Notes under the pieces: model-generated
Told to the model about the DNA's origin: nothing
What the model saw: only the letters and a program-made list of their open reading frames with translations
Databases searched by the model: none
In this document: piece after piece, positions 62,122-64,000 of the stretch
Numbering within the stretch: position 1 is the stretch's first letter
How the letters are laid out: every line of letters starts with the position of its first letter
Program-made: the position numbers and the translations under genes
Source: an uncultured delta proteobacterium
GTDB taxonomy: Bacteria; Desulfobacterota; Binatia; UBA9968
NCBI GenBank assembly: GCA_963760795.1
Contig: CAVXEP010000002.1
Span: forward strand, 96,001-160,000
DNA length: 64,000 nucleotides
Reading direction: 5' to 3'

Positions 62122-62994
62122 CTAATAAGTCTTCGGCGTCTTGTAGCCCACCTGTTTGCGCTCTTTCATGAACGCTTTGTAAGTATCGGGATGCGATTTC
62201 ACGATGTAAGGGCAGACATCGACGCATAGATGGCAGTACTCTTCCCGCAGTCGCGAGTAGGGATAGCATTTCTCCAGATCGATGAGCCAGCGCTTGATCC
62301 CATGGGTCATGACGTGATCCTGCGGAATCGCGTCGCCCGGGCAGTTGCGTTGGCAGACATTGCAGTTCATGCAGAAATCCTGCACGCCAAATTCCCGCGG
62401 TTGGTCCTCCACCAGCGGCAGGTCCGTCGTCACAAACCCAGGGCGAAAGCTCGCGCCGTACTTTTCGTTGATCAAACTGCCATGCCGGCCGAGCTCGCCG
62501 AAACCCACTTGGTAGAAAATCGGAATCGCCTGCACCTCGCTGGCGCCATTGTGGTGCGCGATAGCCGGATAGCCCATCTCCCGGACATAAGCCGCAAGCG
62601 CGGTTGAGATTTCCGTGCACTTCGCATACACCCGCATCGCTTCTTCCTCGACGGCGTCCGGCCCGTGAAGAACCTTTTCATAATCTTCAGCAACGCAGCA
62701 GGCGATCACAAACTCATGCGCTACTTCCGACCCGAGGTCGATCATGTGCGGCTGCAAGCGGCAGATGCCGACCATGTCGGCGCCAAGCTCGGCCGCTCTC
62801 GCCTTGATACGTGCCGTCATCGCGGCCGGATCGTTCACCGTCTCCCGCTGCGAATTCACCGGACCATCGCGTAACGGCGCCAGCTTCACCCAACTGGCGC
62901 GATAAGCTTGAATGGCCGGCTTAACCGCCGCGTAGTGACGCGACTCCGCCGCCCCTGTGGCATGAACCATCTCGGCCAACACCGGGTCAGCCAT
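62122..62994 (-). CDS. Reductive dehalogenase/QueG-like 2x[4Fe-4S] protein
   Basis: ELGADMVGI, MGYPA, GFGELGRHG, VTTDLPL, CMNCNVCQRNCP, C..CHLCVDVCP. Confidence 0.8.
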   Translation of the reverse strand: MADPVLAEMVHATGAAESRHYAAVKPAIQAYRASWVKLAPLRDGPVNSQRETVNDPAAMTARIKARAAELGADMVGICRLQPHMIDLGSEVAHEFVIACCVAEDYEKVLHGPDAVEEEAMRVYAKCTEISTALAAYVREMGYPAIAHHNGASEVQAIPIFYQVGFGELGRHGSLINEKYGASFRPGFVTTDLPLVEDQPREFGVQDFCMNCNVCQRNCPGDAIPQDHVMTHGIKRWLIDLEKCYPYSRLREEYCHLCVDVCPYIVKSHPDTYKAFMKERKQVGYKTPKTY

Positions 62995-63240
62995 GCCTTG
63001 TTCTCGTCTCGGTGTTATTCCGCGCATCACTGCTGTCCCAATTAGCCGGGGTTCAAACTAGCGGCCATTGATTTTACGTCGTCTTTGGACGGGCTTTGCG
63101 TCATTTTGAAACCAGACCTCATTGTGCTGGATTTTGCGTTCTTTGCGCCCTTTGCGGTAAATTATCCGATTCCAAATCTTTCTTTCGCTTGCGGCTGTGC
63201 CGCGCTCAGCCCTTCATAGTAAAAACAATCTTTCTTCTTA

Positions 63241-64000
63241 TCACAGATCCAGTGTATTCGGCGCGAACAACTCTTCCGCGGTAACTTTTTTCTCCGCTAA
63301 TCCCTGTTCGTACAGATAACCCAAAAGGGTTTCGACCACGTGGCGGTTCTTCTCGAAACCGTATGGCCACGGGTCGTCGCCGAGTATCTGCTGCTGTTCC
63401 TCCACCGGGCCGCGGAACCATGCCAAGCTGATCTTGTAGGGCGACAAATCCTTCAACCGCGCGTAGGCGTCTTCCTTGGCGCGCTGAAAGGCTTTGAACA
63501 AGCTGCGCGCGACCCATGGATGGGCCTGCCAGACATCCTGCCTGAGCGCGACCGAGTGCATGATCGGAAAGATACCGGTCTTTTTGTAATACTCGGCCTC
63601 CACTTTGGGCGAGTCTTCAAACAAACGCCGCACATGAGGTGGCGGATTGAAGAGCGAGGGGAACAGGCTGGGAATCATGATCGCATCGAGCTCGCCGTTG
63701 AAAAGCATTTCATCGGGCTTTTTGTCCGGCGTCAGATGGCTGACTTTGTAGCGCTTGGGCAATTCCATCTCCATGCGCGAGCGCGGCACCCAGGTAAACC
63801 ACTCGATGTCATTGAGATTGACGCCGTAGTCATGTTGCAGCGTGCCGCGCATCCACACCGTCGCGGTCTGTTGAAACTCGGCCAAGCCGACACGCTTGCC
63901 CATGAGATCCTTGGGCTCACGTATGCCGCTCTTGGTATTGATGAAAATATACGAATGGCGAAACGCCCGCGCCGGAAACACCGGGATCGCCGTCAGCGGC
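63241..64000 (-). CDS. 4,5-dihydroxyphthalate decarboxylase-like / SBP-fold protein (5' end outside the window)
   Basis: AIPVFPARAFRHS, DLMGKRVG, TGIFPIMH, GDDPWPYG, EQGL. Confidence 0.85.
   Translation of the reverse strand, partial: PLTAIPVFPARAFRHSYIFINTKSGIREPKDLMGKRVGLAEFQQTATVWMRGTLQHDYGVNLNDIEWFTWVPRSRMEMELPKRYKVSHLTPDKKPDEMLFNGELDAIMIPSLFPSLFNPPPHVRRLFEDSPKVEAEYYKKTGIFPIMHSVALRQDVWQAHPWVARSLFKAFQRAKEDAYARLKDLSPYKISLAWFRGPVEEQQQILGDDPWPYGFEKNRHVVETLLGYLYEQGLAEKKVTAEELFAPNTLDL

Noticed and set aside
1-64000. tRNA, rRNA or riboswitch
   Set aside because: None recognised by eye; a covariance-model search would be needed to exclude them

Overview
GC-rich bacterial chromosome window. The gene content (many stand-alone NMT1/SsuA-, TctC- and TAXI-type solute-binding proteins, amidohydrolases, luciferase-like monooxygenases) and the dense modular intergenic repeats resemble soil 'Candidatus Binatia'-type genomes; this taxonomy is inference. 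Many genes carry isolated single-base frameshifts, probably long-read consensus errors. Main points: (1) A ~15.3 kb AT-richer accessory block (21309-36622) is bracketed by a diverged duplication of a tctC-like 3' end, with no integrase. It carries an orphan DndB/DGQHR gene and a glycosylation/methylation/ABC cluster with a sigma54-type promoter. (2) Directly upstream of the DndB-like gene is a phased array of seven palindromic AGCT-core boxes at 22/23-bp spacing, preceded by an IHF consensus site and an AT tract; this is the most unusual signal in the window. (3) Two more cargo segments are flanked by diverged partial-gene duplications. (4) Four paralogous ~710-730 aa secreted single-CxxCH proteins with a probable beta-propeller region lie in a near-tandem array (40.4-53.7 kb). 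No rRNA, tRNA, cas gene or transposase was recognised.
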